Part shown: positions 1-10,013 of the stretch, one piece after another
Layout: each line of letters starts with the position of its first letter
Numbering within the stretch: position 1 is the stretch's first letter
From: an uncultured Actinomycetes bacterium
Lineage (GTDB): Bacteria; Actinomycetota; Thermoleophilia; RBG-16-64-13
Direction: 5' to 3'
Assembly: GCA_963706025.1 (NCBI GenBank)
Contig: CAVPLM010000015.1
Coordinates: 1-28,278 of the forward strand
Length of the DNA: 28,278 nucleotides
Position numbers and translations under genes: made by a program
The notes under the pieces: generated by a model
Seen by the model: only the letters and a program-made list of their open reading frames with translations
Database searches by the model: none
What the model was told of the DNA's origin: nothing

Positions 1-893
1 CAGGCTGATCGCCATCACGGCCATCCCCGCCACCAGCCCAAAGAGGCTGTCGTGGCCCTTGCCGTAGGCCCGGCTCGTCGGCAGGAGCTCGTCGAGGCTG
101 ATGTAGACCATGATGCCGGCCACCCCCGAAGAGGATCCCCATGACCTGGGGGGGAAGGAACCACCGTCCGCCGCCGAGGAAGAGCGCGGAGGACCAAATA
201 GGCGATACCGGCGCCCACCGGTTCGGCCAGGCCGCTCAGGACCGAGTAGATGAAGGCCTTCCTGCGGTTTCCGGTGGCGTAGAAGATGGGCACGGACACG
301 CTTATCCCCTCGGGGATGTTGTGCAGGGCGACGGCGATGGCGATGGCCAGCCCCAGGGTGGGATCCTGCAACACGGCCAGGAACGTGGCCAGACCCTCGG
401 GGAAGTTGTGGATCCCGATGGCGAGGGCGGTGAACAGCCCCATGCGCATGAGCTTCTTGTCCACCCGGCCGTGGTCGTGCACTCCCCCCGAATGGGGGCC
501 TCCTCCCACGGCAGCCTCTGCCGAGGCGAAATCCGGCAATGGGGCCGAAGGGTCGCGCAGGGGGGCCAACTCGGATTCCGGATGGGTCTCGTGCGGGTTC
601 TCGGCTGCCGGGATCAGCTTGTCTATCAGACCCATAAGGAAGATGCCACCGAAGAAGGCGCCGACGGCTATCCAACTGCCCAAACGGACTCCGTAGCTCT
701 CTGTCAGCGCGTTGGATCCTTTGAAGAGGATCTCGACGAAGGACACGTAGAGCATCACTCCTGCCGAGAAACCCGTGGCCACAGAGAGGAAGCGGTAGTT
801 CGTCCTCTTGGCCGTGAAGGCGATCAGACTGCCGATGGCGGTCGCCAGCCCGGCGAAAGTGGTAAGCGCGAGGGCAAGCCATACGTCGTTCAA
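1..893 (-). CDS. zupT: ZIP-family zinc/divalent metal transporter ZupT (3' end beyond window; frameshift near 140-180)
   Basis: TTG start at 893 after GGAG. ZIP motifs [24 protein letters not shown] and SGLAEPVGA, plus a His-rich loop. The C-terminal [13 protein letters not shown] is in another frame at about 75-125. Confidence 0.9.
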
Positions 894-900
894 TGCCGGC

Positions 901-3594
901 TCACTCCGGTCGTTCCTCCGGGTCCAACTCGAGGTGCTCCTCCGCGTCGACTCCGGGCGTCCCTCCGGGTCCAACTCCGAGCGCTCCGCCGGGCCCCATC
1001 TGCGGGGCCACCAGCTCCAGCGGCCCAGCAGCACGATGATGGCCGGCACCAGGGTGGTGCGGACCACGAAGGTGTCGAGCAGCACGCCGAAGGCGACGGC
1101 GAAGCCGATCTGCAGCAGCCCCAGGAGGCTGGCGCTCATCATGCTGGCGAAGGTGCCGGCCATGATGATGCCGGCCGAGGTGATGATGCCGCCGGTGCGG
1201 GCGAGGGCCAGCCGGGTGCCGTCCCGGGTGCCGTGCGCGGGCCACCTCCTCCTTCACCCGGCCGATCAGGAAGATGTTGTAGTCCATGCCCAGGGCCACC
1301 AGCATCACGAACATGAACATGGGCACCCACCACATGATGCCGGCGGCGCCCAGGATGTCGACGAAGAGCAGGCGCACGACGCCCAGGGTGGCGGTGTACG
1401 AGAGCAGGATGGTGAGGATCAGGTAGATCGGGGCCACCAGGGCCCGCAGCAGGAGGATCAGGACCACGAAGATGCCCGCCAGCACGAAGATCATGGCTCG
1501 GGTCATGTCGCGGTCGGAGGCGTCGCGCAGGTCGAGGAGCACGGCGGAGCTGCCCTCGACCACGCCCTTGGAACCCGCTGTCGCTCAGGGCTGCGCGCAT
1601 CGCCTGCACGGTGGTCCAGCGCTTCCGGGCTGTAGGGACCGGCGTCGAGGACCACCTGCAGGCGGGTGGCGGTGCCGTCGTCGGAGAGGTAGGCGTCGCG
1701 GAGGGCTTTGAGCCCCTCGTTGCTCTTGAGGTAGAGCTCGGGGAGGAGGATGGCGTCGGGCCGGGCGGCGAACGGTTCCCTGGAGCTGCTCCAGGCCCTC
1801 GGCGAGGAGCGCCGAGTTGCGTGAGCGCCTGCTCGAGCACCGCTGCCGGCTGGGCAGGCGTCGTTCGCCGGCCGGAGTGCCTGGCGCCAGCTCGCGCCAG
1901 CTCGGAGAGCGCGCCGACCGCCTTCTGGTAGCCTGGGTCCTGCAGGACCTCCGGGTAGCCCTGGGCCAGTTGGAGCAGATACCCGTAGACGTCGGTCAGG
2001 CCGGCGGCCGCCTCTTGGAACAGGCGGCCAGCTCCGAGTCCGACCTGAGCTCGCCTGCGTCGAGCTCCACCGCTCCGGTGCTGCGGCCTGCTCCAGGTTC
2101 GCCATCCCGTCCCGCACGCCTTCGCCTGGACCGCCAGCTGGTCGGCGACGCTCAGGGTCTTCTGGTCGGGCAGCGATCCCGTGAAGCTGCGCACCGTGGT
2201 CACGTGGGGCAGCGCCGGCCAGCGTCGTCTGCAGCTCCTTCATGCTCGCCAGTCCCTGGGCGTGTCGAAGCCGGCCGGGTCGACCGCCACCACGTTGAGC
2301 GGCTGCATGGCGCCGGGGCCGAGGTGGGTCGGCCAGCACGTCGAAGCCCTCGCGGCCGGTCGTCCTTGGGGAGGTCGCCCAGCAGGTCGAAGTCGCGGGC
2401 CAGCCCGGCTGCCGTAGACGGCCAGCGGCACCAGCACGATCACCGGCACCACCAGCGCCACGATCGGCCGTCCCACCACCTGCCCGCCCAGGCGTGCCAG
2501 AGACCGGCCTCCTTCATGTGCCGGGCCTTGCGCGGCCAGAAGGCGTGGTCGCCCAGGATGGTGAGCAGCGCGGGGGTGAGGGTCAGGCCGGCCAGCAGGG
2601 CGATGGCCACCCCGATGGCGATGCTGGGTCCGGTGGTGTTGTAGAGGCCCAGCTCGGCCAAGGCCATCATGGCCAGGCCCACGATCACCGTGCCGGCGCT
2701 GGAGGCGATGGTCTCGCCCACGGCCCGCACCGTGGTCTTGACGGCCGGGGCCGGCGTGCCGACGTCGGCCATCTCCTCGCGGAAGCGGCTGATGAGGAAC
2801 AGGCAGTAGTCGGTGCCCGCTCCGAACAGCACCACGATCAGGAAGACGTTGGTGTACATGGAGATGGTGAGCGCGTGCGCGCCCAGGAAGGCCACGACCC
2901 CCCGGGAGATCAGGTAGGCGAGCGCGATGGTGACCAGAGGGATCATGGGGCTCACCGGCGAGCGGTAGATCACCAGCAGGATGACCACCACCAGCAGGAT
3001 GGTGATCCAGGTGGTGGAGTCGATGCTCCCTTGCGAGCTGCTGTTGTAGGCGGCGAGGATGGGGCCGTCGCCGGTCATGTAGGCCTGCACACCGGCAGGA
3101 GCCTGGTCCAGCGCGGGCCTGGATGGCGGCCATGGCCTCCTTGGTGACCGGCTCGGTGCCGATCGCGTTGAAGCGCACCAGGACGAGCGCCACCTGCTTG
3201 TCCTCGCTGGTCAGGCCGGCCCTGGTCTGCTCGTCGCCCAGGGTCGGGAGACCACACCTGGTCGACCGCCGGCGGGCGCCTCGGCGCCGCTCAGCCAGTC
3301 GGTCAGCTCGGCCACGAACTCCGCCGCCGGCTCCCTCGTCGGCGCGGCCACCCGGCGCCCGGCGTCGACCACCAGGACGGCGCTCGAAGGCGAGACCCGG
3401 TCGGGGAAGTACTTCTTGACCGTCTCGTTGGCGTCGAGACTGGGCGCGGATGAGGGGAGGAAGGCCCGCTGGTCGCTGACGGCCACATCGTTGATGTTGG
3501 GGGCCACCAGGGTCAGCACCACCGCCGCCACCACCCAGGCGGCGATGATGAGCCAGCGGAAGCGGACGGCGAACGAGCCTAGGCGGGCGAACAT
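901..3594 (-). CDS. MMPL (RND superfamily) membrane transporter, multiple frameshifts
   Basis: ORF pieces 3211-3594, 2440-3090, 901-1563 and 15-1163 carry MMPL signatures: [56 protein letters not shown] and [23 protein letters not shown]. Confidence 0.88.
903..977. repeat. 28-bp imperfect direct repeat encoding a duplicated ELDPE(G/E)RPE tail of the MMPL protein
   Basis: actccggtcgttcctccgggtccaactc (903-930) vs actccgggcgtccctccgggtccaactc (950-977), 26/28 identical. The 47-nt period implies a 1-nt loss between the copies. Confidence 0.85.
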
Positions 3595-3595
3595 C

Positions 3596-3621
3596 GTCGG
3601 CTAGGCGTCATTCTGAAACGA
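3596..3621 (-). repeat. Isolated copy of the MITE left-end sequence
   Basis: Minus strand tcgtttcagaatgacgcctagccgac vs plus 8449-8474 tcgtttcagaatgacgctttgccgac: 24/26, with the first 17 nt identical. Confidence 0.75.
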
Positions 3622-5045
3622 CCTGTTGGAGCCTGGCGGGCATGGTGGCATGGGCCTCGTCCCGCGAGCCGTTATGCGCGGGCGGATCTTCTTGCGCCGT
3701 TTGTAGGTCTTGGCCAGCTCGAGGAAGATGCCCACGTCGCGGTCGAGGTCGCTGTGGGTGCCGTCGAAGTAGAAGACCCGGATGGGGATGTTGTCGTGGT
3801 CCCGGCTCACCCGGGGATAGATGGCCTCGGTCACGATGCCGTTCATGCAGGTGAAGGGGCTGATGTCGACGATGCCGTCGGCTCCCTGGTGGTAGAAGTA
3901 GATGGCCCCGCCGGTGGAGAGCACCATCTCGCCCAGTGCCCCCTCCTGGGGCAGGTAGGGGTGGGCGTACTCCAGTATCTCGTTCACGTGCGGTTCGGGG
4001 TGATGGGCGAACACGTCGTGGAAGTCCTCCATGAGGGCCTTCTCGTCCCTGTGCATGATGCGGGAGGTGATGAACGTGCTTGAGCCAATCCTTGCTCACC
4101 CGCCGCTTCTCCTCGCGATGACGGCGGAAGGCCTCCGTCGTTCGTGTACCAGACCCACTCGCCGACGCCGGCCAGCCAGCACTCCCCGCCCTGAGCCTCG
4201 ATGTGGCGGATGAGCTCGTTGTTGGCGAAGGTGTTCAGCCGGCAGAAGATCTCGCCCACCACGCCGATGAGAGGCCGGTCCTCGTCCTTGACCGGGATGG
4301 CCAGGAAAGCCTTCTTGACCCGCCGGAGGCCGGCTTGGAGGTCGGCCATGCGCTCCTTGTTCGTGATGCCCTGCCGGGCGACGATCTCGGACATCAGATC
4401 GAGGCAGTCGAGGTAGACCTCGTCGGTCTGGCCCGGGTTGACCTCGTAGGGCCGGGTCTTGAGCAGCAGCTTGAGCAGGATGTCCTGCACCACCACGGCG
4501 CGCCAGGCCGTGCGGATGAGCTCTCGGGCCTGGTCGCCCACGCCCGCGTAGCCATCGGCGGAGGTGAACGAAAGGATGGGGACGTTTTCGTAGCCCTGGT
4601 CGTCGAGGATGCGGCGGAGCAGGGCGACGTATTGGCCGAAGCGGCAGGGCCCGTTCGCGGTGGGGAGGAGGAAGGCGGTCTTCTCCGGATCAAGCTTCTC
4701 GTCTTCGACGAGCTTCATGTAGTCGCCCAACACTATTCGTTGGGGATAGCACTCGTCTCCCGAGGTGTACTTGCCTCCCAATTCCAAGGTGCGGGAGTCC
4801 TCTTCCGGCGTCACCCGGGTGTCGAAACCGATCGATCGGAAGGCGCCGGCCAGCATGCGCGAGCCGCCGTAGGGCATGCGACAGAGCCACAACACCCGGG
4901 TCTTGAAGTCGACATCGGCCTTGACCGTGGGGCTGGTCTCGGCGCCATAGGCGGCCACCGGCTTGGGGAGCGCGCCCAGGGCCGACTCGGCCGCCGCCCG
5001 GCTGCCCTTGCCGTTGCCGCTCTTGGTGACGGTCTCGGTGTCCAT
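3601..5045 (-). CDS. 2-hydroxyacyl-CoA dehydratase-like reductase subunit (PlsR-like), frameshift near 4130; exact stop uncertain
   Basis: Motifs GDECYP, GPCRFGQY, IGVVGEIFCR, GEMVLSTG and PFTCMNGIVTE across ORFs 3984-5045 and 3601-4056. It starts immediately after the stop of the activase gene. Confidence 0.8.
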
Positions 5046-8000
5046 CTAGGTCTCCCTCACCGGCTGTTTCGCCCTGTCCTCGCGGGCCCACCAGCGTAGG
5101 AACCCCTTGCTGTCCAGATAAGCCTCGCAGCGGGTCATGGCCCCGGCGTCGTTGGTGTGCTCGTCGAACTGCAGGACCAAGAAGGGGTCGGGTGAAGCCG
5201 GGCCGATGTAGTGCTTGATGTACGAGTCGGGTCCGCACTTGAAGTTGGTCAGGTAGATGATGTGCAGATTGGGATGCTCCGACACCACCCGGGCCGCCTG
5301 CAGGATCTTGCGCCCGTAGTTCCAGAACATGTTGGGGGTCACCGTCGCGTGTCTCTCTTCCCCACAGAGGCAGGAAATCGATCGGGATGAGGTTGACCCC
5401 GTAGTAGCGGCGGAGCTTGGCCGGGATGTCCATGTTCACCCCGGAGTCGTAGATGTTGTAGGGGCGGCCCACCAGGACGATCCCCAGCTCGCCGTCCTCT
5501 TCCAGGGTGGCCAGGGCGTCGGCGCCGGCCGCCATCAGGCGCCCGCGGAACTCGGCCTGGGCTTCGTAGGCCTCGTTCAGGGCCTCGTCGACCACGCGCG
5601 CCGGCACGGAGAAGGCCCTCATCGCCACGCGGAGCGATTGCCGCATGTATTCCGGGCCGCGGCGGAAGTGCAGGGTAGGCGCGAAGAACCGGTCGCTGTA
5701 GGCGTCGAAGTGCGGGGCCAGCCGGATCACGTGGGGGAGAGTCTGACCCCAGGGGCAGGCGTGAGACTCGATCTCCGGGTGGTCGGTCTCTTCGTTCAGG
5801 TGGTTGGGGATGAAGACGTAGTCCGCCCCTTCCTCGAGGAGTTCGGCCACGTGCCCGTGGGCCACGCGGATGGGGAAGCAGGGTTCGGCCACGGACCCCT
5901 CGATGCCCATCTCCCGGATCTTCTTGTCGGTCTCGCGGGAGAGCATGATGTCGAACCCGCAGGCCTTGAAGAAGGTCGCCCAGAAGGGAAGCCGGTCGTA
6001 CGTGTACATGGCCCGGGGGATGCCCATGGTGCCCCGAGGAGCGTCGGTACCGCTGCGAAGCAGGGTGGAGGTGTCTTCGGCCTCGGTCACGTAGGAGTAG
6101 AAGAGAGCATCCCGGAACCCGACCAGGTCGCGGATGATCGGCTCCTTGTCGACCTTGGCCCGTTTCCGGTAGCGGTCGGAGCACTTGTCGCCCCAGTAGG
6201 TCTTCTCCTCGCCGATGGTGAACTGGCGGATGTCGCATTCGTTGCTGCAACCCTTGCAGGTGAACTCCCGCATGGTGTAGTCGACCTGCTCCAGGTCCCA
6301 ACCCCGGAAGCGGGAGGGAGTCTGGGTGGCCGACATCTTCTCCCGAGCCAGCAACGCCGCCCCGATGGCGCCCACCACCCCGTTGTACGGGGGCACGATG
6401 ATGTCTTTGTCCAGGATCATGCTGAAAGCGGCTGCCACCGAGTCGTTGTAGGCGGTGCCACCCTGGAAGTAGATGGTGTCGCCGATATGGCGCCGGCCTA
6501 CCAAGCGGTTGAGATAGTTGTAGGCGATAGAGAACGCCAGTCCGGCCACGAGAGCCTTCTTGTCCGCACCGCGCTGGAGGTAGGAGTTGACGTCGCGCTC
6601 CATGAAGACGGTGCAACGCTCGCCCAGACGGACCGGCGCATCCGAAGACAAGGCCAACTCGGCGAACTCGCCGATGATGTTGATCCCCAGTTTCTCGGCC
6701 TGCTCTTCCAGGAAGGAGCCGGTCCCCGCCGCGCAGGCCTCGTTCATGGCGAAATCGACCACCACGCCGTCCTGAAGGCTGATGAACTTGGAGTCCTGCC
6801 CGCCGATCTCGAAGATCGTGTCGGGCACTCGGTCGATGAGCTTGCGCCCGATGGCGGTGGCTCCGGTCTTGTGGGCGGTGATCTCGTCGTTGATGGTGTC
6901 GGCTCCGATAAGCTCGCCGATCAACTCCCGGCCCGAGCCGGTGGTGGCGACCCCGAGGATGTTGAGGCGGGGGCCCATCTCGCTCCAGATATCGGCCAGA
7001 CCCTTGTTCACCACTTCCACCGGGCGACCGTCGGTCTTGACGTAGATCTCCTTGACCACCTCGCCGTCCTCGTCGAGCACCACCAGGTTGGTGGAGACCG
7101 AGCCCACGTCGACCCCCAGGTAGGCGTCGATCTGCCCTTCGGGCGGGAACCGGTAGGGCTTGACCCGGTCGCGGAGGAGGATGACCCGCTCCATGGACAG
7201 GGCGTCGCTGGTCTCGAAACCGGCGGATTGACCCCCCTGCAGCCGGTCCGGGTCGATGGTGACCATCTCGACTCCCGCGCTCTCGTCGGCGGCGGTCAGC
7301 GCGCTGCCTATGGCGCCCATCCAGGCGTAGTAGGCGGGGACGATCAGCTGGTCCTCGGCCATGTCGAAGGCCTCGCGTAGAGCGGCGACGGCCCCCTTGT
7401 TGGCCGCCACCCCGCCGATGAAGGCCACCCGGTCGCCGATATCCTTGCCTTTGGTGATGGTGCCCCGGTAGTTCCGCACCACCGCGTTGCAGAGGCCCTT
7501 CAGCACCTCCGGCGGTTGGTAACCCTTCTGCTGAGCGTGGATCATGTCCGACTTCGCGAAGACCGAGCAGCGACCGGCGATGGACGCCGCTTTGCCCGCT
7601 CCTCTCACGATGTCGCCCACATCCTCGATGTCGTAGAGCAGCCGGCTGGCCTGCTGGTCCATGAAGGAACCGGTGCCCGCCGCGCAGTCGCCGTTGGTGC
7701 CGTAGTCGGCGATACCCACTCTACCGGAGATCTCGTCGGTCTCCAGGCGGATGAACTTGGAGGTCTCACCGCCCATCTCGAAGACCGTGGTCACCTCGGG
7801 GTGTAGCGCTCCCACCGCCCGGGCGATGGCCTTGAACTCGTTCTCGTACGGGATGTCCAGCATCTTCCCGACCAGACGACCCCCGGTGCCGGTCACCCGC
7901 ACGTCGGTGATCAAGCCCTCGGGCAAGACGGCCAACACCTGGCCGAGGAACTCCCGGGCCGTTTCGGTCGGACTACCTTTGATACGCCGGTAGACCGTGG

Positions 8001-8178
8001 CCAGGATGGGCGGAGCGCCCGAATGGGGGAGGGTCATGTCCTCCGTGCCGGTGTGTGACGGATCAAGAAAAAGGGCGGACCCCGAAGCCAGAGCCCGAAA
8101 CGACTCCTGGTCTTCAGGTCCACCCACAACAGCGATCTTCACGCTGATGCAGCCGATATCAATGCCAAGCGTAGCCAT
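5046..8178 (-). CDS. Double BadF/BadG/BcrA/BcrD ATPase activase plus DUF2229-type domain (PlsA/Ger-like), frameshift near 5345
   Basis: Two activase domains (GIDIG..MGGETSK..CAAGTGSF..RCSVF; GVDVGS..IGGQDSK..CAAGTGSF..RCTVF), a CKGCSNEC linker, then CFPIRVAHGH, CP, GRPYN and NFKCGPDS (last in ORF 5046-5342). Confidence 0.88.
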
Positions 8179-8444
8179 CGTCTGTGTGCAGCCTCCGCAT
8201 GGGGTGGTCCCCGGTCCCGCCTCCGGGCGACACCCGTCGGCCGATCGTCCCCCACCCGCTCTCGGGGAGAGCAGCCAGGGGGGCAGTACACCGTTGATGC
8301 GCGCTTTCTAGAGAGTCCCGGCGCCATGGAGGAGCCGATTTCACCCCGGATCGCAGCCCGGATAGATTACCACGTGAGCCGTCTCTGGGGCCCGGTCTCC
8401 GTGGCGTCCGGCGCCCAAGCCCGGCGCTCCGGGCCGGCGCCTAA

Positions 8445-8564
8445 GAGTTCGTTTCAGAATGACGCTTTGCCGACAGGGTGCGATCGGCGCGAGTGAGGCG
8501 AGGACGATGGATCGCTCCGCCCAGCGCGGACGAGGCGGCCGAGACTTCATTCTGAAACGAGTTC
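8445..8564. mobile_element. Putative 120-bp MITE with IS5-family-like ends
   Basis: 18-bp terminal inverted repeats gagttcgtttcagaatga (8445-8462) and tcattctgaaacgagttc (8547-8564), 16/18 match. Flanked by TAA on both sides (8442-8444, 8565-8567). No transposase inside. Confidence 0.65.
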
Positions 8565-9895
8565 TAAAGGAAGAACACCGCCGTCACCACCGCGAAGATG
8601 GGGACGAGGACGGCCACGGAATAGCCCATGTAACCGAAGAAAGACGGCATCTTCAGGCCGGAGTGATCGGCTATTGCCTTCACCGCCAGGTTGGGGGCGT
8701 TACCGATGTAGGTGTTGGCGCCCATCATGACCGCTCCGCAGGAGATGGCGGCCAGGAACTCCGCCGGGGAGAAGCCCATCCCCGGTACGATCTGGGTGGA
8801 AGTGAGATCTCCTATGGTGGCCGCCCCCATCTGGCCTTGGGCCGTGGCCGTGAAGACCAGGTAGGTGGGAGCATTGTCCAGGAAAGACGACGAGCCTCCG
8901 GTAGCCCAGAAGTAGTGCCAGGGCCGGCTGAGACCGATGGTCTCCCCGTTCGCCTCGAGGAGGGCAAGGGCCGGGATCATGGTCGCGAAGATCCCGGCGA
9001 AGAGTACGGCCACCTCCACGATGGGAGCCCAGCGGAAGTGGTTTGCCGCCCGGGGTCCTCGGGGCCCCAGCCTGACCGAGAGGATGGCGAGGACGATCAA
9101 GACGACCTCACGGACGAAGGGGAAGTGGACGGTCTCACCGATCCGTGCGAGCGCATCGGAGAAGAGGATCGTGATGATGACCAGGGCGAAGAAGAGCAGG
9201 TTGATGGTGCCCTTGATCCTTATGGGCACGTAATCGGCCTCGTCCCATCGCCTGGCCACGGCCGGCTCGCGCCGATATTGGCGGATCTCGATCATCAAGT
9301 AGACCATGAGGGTGAGGCCCAGCGACAAAAGCCATTGGGGCCACAGACTCAGCGTCCAAGCGAACGGAACTCCCCGCAGAAAGCCGAGGAACAAAGGAGG
9401 ATCGCCCAAAGGGGTGAGCATCCCACCGATGTTCGATACCGCGAAGATGAAGAAGACCACCGTGTGCCGGGTGTGGGTCCGCTCGGAATTGGCCCTCAGC
9501 AGAGGGCGGATGAGGAGCATAGAGGCGCCCATCGTGCCGACCAGGCTGGCCAGTAGCCCTCCTATTACAAGGAAGGTGAGGTTGGTACGAGGCGTGGCCA
9601 CCAGGTTCCCGGTGAGGTAGACGCCTCCGGAGATGGTGAAGAGGGCAAGCAGCAGGACGATGAAGGAGATGTATTCCTCGGCTGTGTTCGCCGCCACGTG
9701 CAGGCCGAGGCTGCCGAACCGGGCGAACAGATAGACCACGGTGGGAACGCCGAGGACGGCTGCCACGATCCCCTTGTTGCGGTTCGAGTGGAACCACTTC
9801 TCGGCCACCAAGGGCAGAACGGCGATGGCTATCAGCATGCACGCGAACGGCACGAGCGCCCAGGGACTGAGTTGTTGGCCGAGTTCGATGCTCAT
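8564..9895 (-). CDS. Ion-transporter (IT) superfamily protein, putative Na+/H+ antiporter or carboxylate transporter
   Basis: Intact polytopic membrane ORF with SNIGGMLTPLGDPPLFLGFLRGVPF, SSFLDNAPTY and GANTYIGNAPN. Likely start is the ATG at 9895 (MSIELG). Confidence 0.85.
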   Translation of the reverse strand: MSIELGQQLSPWALVPFACMLIAIAVLPLVAEKWFHSNRNKGIVAAVLGVPTVVYLFARFGSLGLHVAANTAEEYISFIVLLLALFTISGGVYLTGNLVATPRTNLTFLVIGGLLASLVGTMGASMLLIRPLLRANSERTHTRHTVVFFIFAVSNIGGMLTPLGDPPLFLGFLRGVPFAWTLSLWPQWLLSLGLTLMVYLMIEIRQYRREPAVARRWDEADYVPIRIKGTINLLFFALVIITILFSDALARIGETVHFPFVREVVLIVLAILSVRLGPRGPRAANHFRWAPIVEVAVLFAGIFATMIPALALLEANGETIGLSRPWHYFWATGGSSSFLDNAPTYLVFTATAQGQMGAATIGDLTSTQIVPGMGFSPAEFLAAISCGAVMMGANTYIGNAPNLAVKAIADHSGLKMPSFFGYMGYSVAVLVPIFAVVTAVFFL

Positions 9896-9994
9896 GGGAA
9901 TCCAGGGTTCCAGCTTAACACGGCGCCGGTCCATAGCCGCGCGCCGTTACCGCGGATCACCTGGCCCGTACCGATGTCCAATCTGGGTGCCCGA

Positions 9995-10003
9995 TGGTAT
10001 CGT
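9995..10003 (+). promoter_or_regulatory. Possible extended -10 element for the PucR-family gene
   Basis: TGgTATCGT ends 10 nt before the ATG at 10014 and there is no Shine-Dalgarno, suggesting a near-leaderless transcript. Confidence 0.35.
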
Positions 10004-10013
10004 GCGTCTCATC

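Noticed and set aside
15-1163. Apparent MMPL-ZupT fusion ORF
   Set aside because: The duplicated ELDPExRPE coding repeat has a 47-nt period, showing a 1-nt loss. Correcting it stops MMPL at 901, and ZupT has its own GGAG and TTG start.
5329-7380. Long plus-strand ORFs (also 141-1316, 8459-9556, 19783-22218)
   Set aside because: These are antisense shadows of real minus-strand genes, expected with GC-rich codon usage, and carry no recognisable motifs.
8180-8440. Possible riboswitch in the long leader of the activase gene
   Set aside because: Only short GC-rich hairpins expected by chance; no recognisable aptamer consensus.
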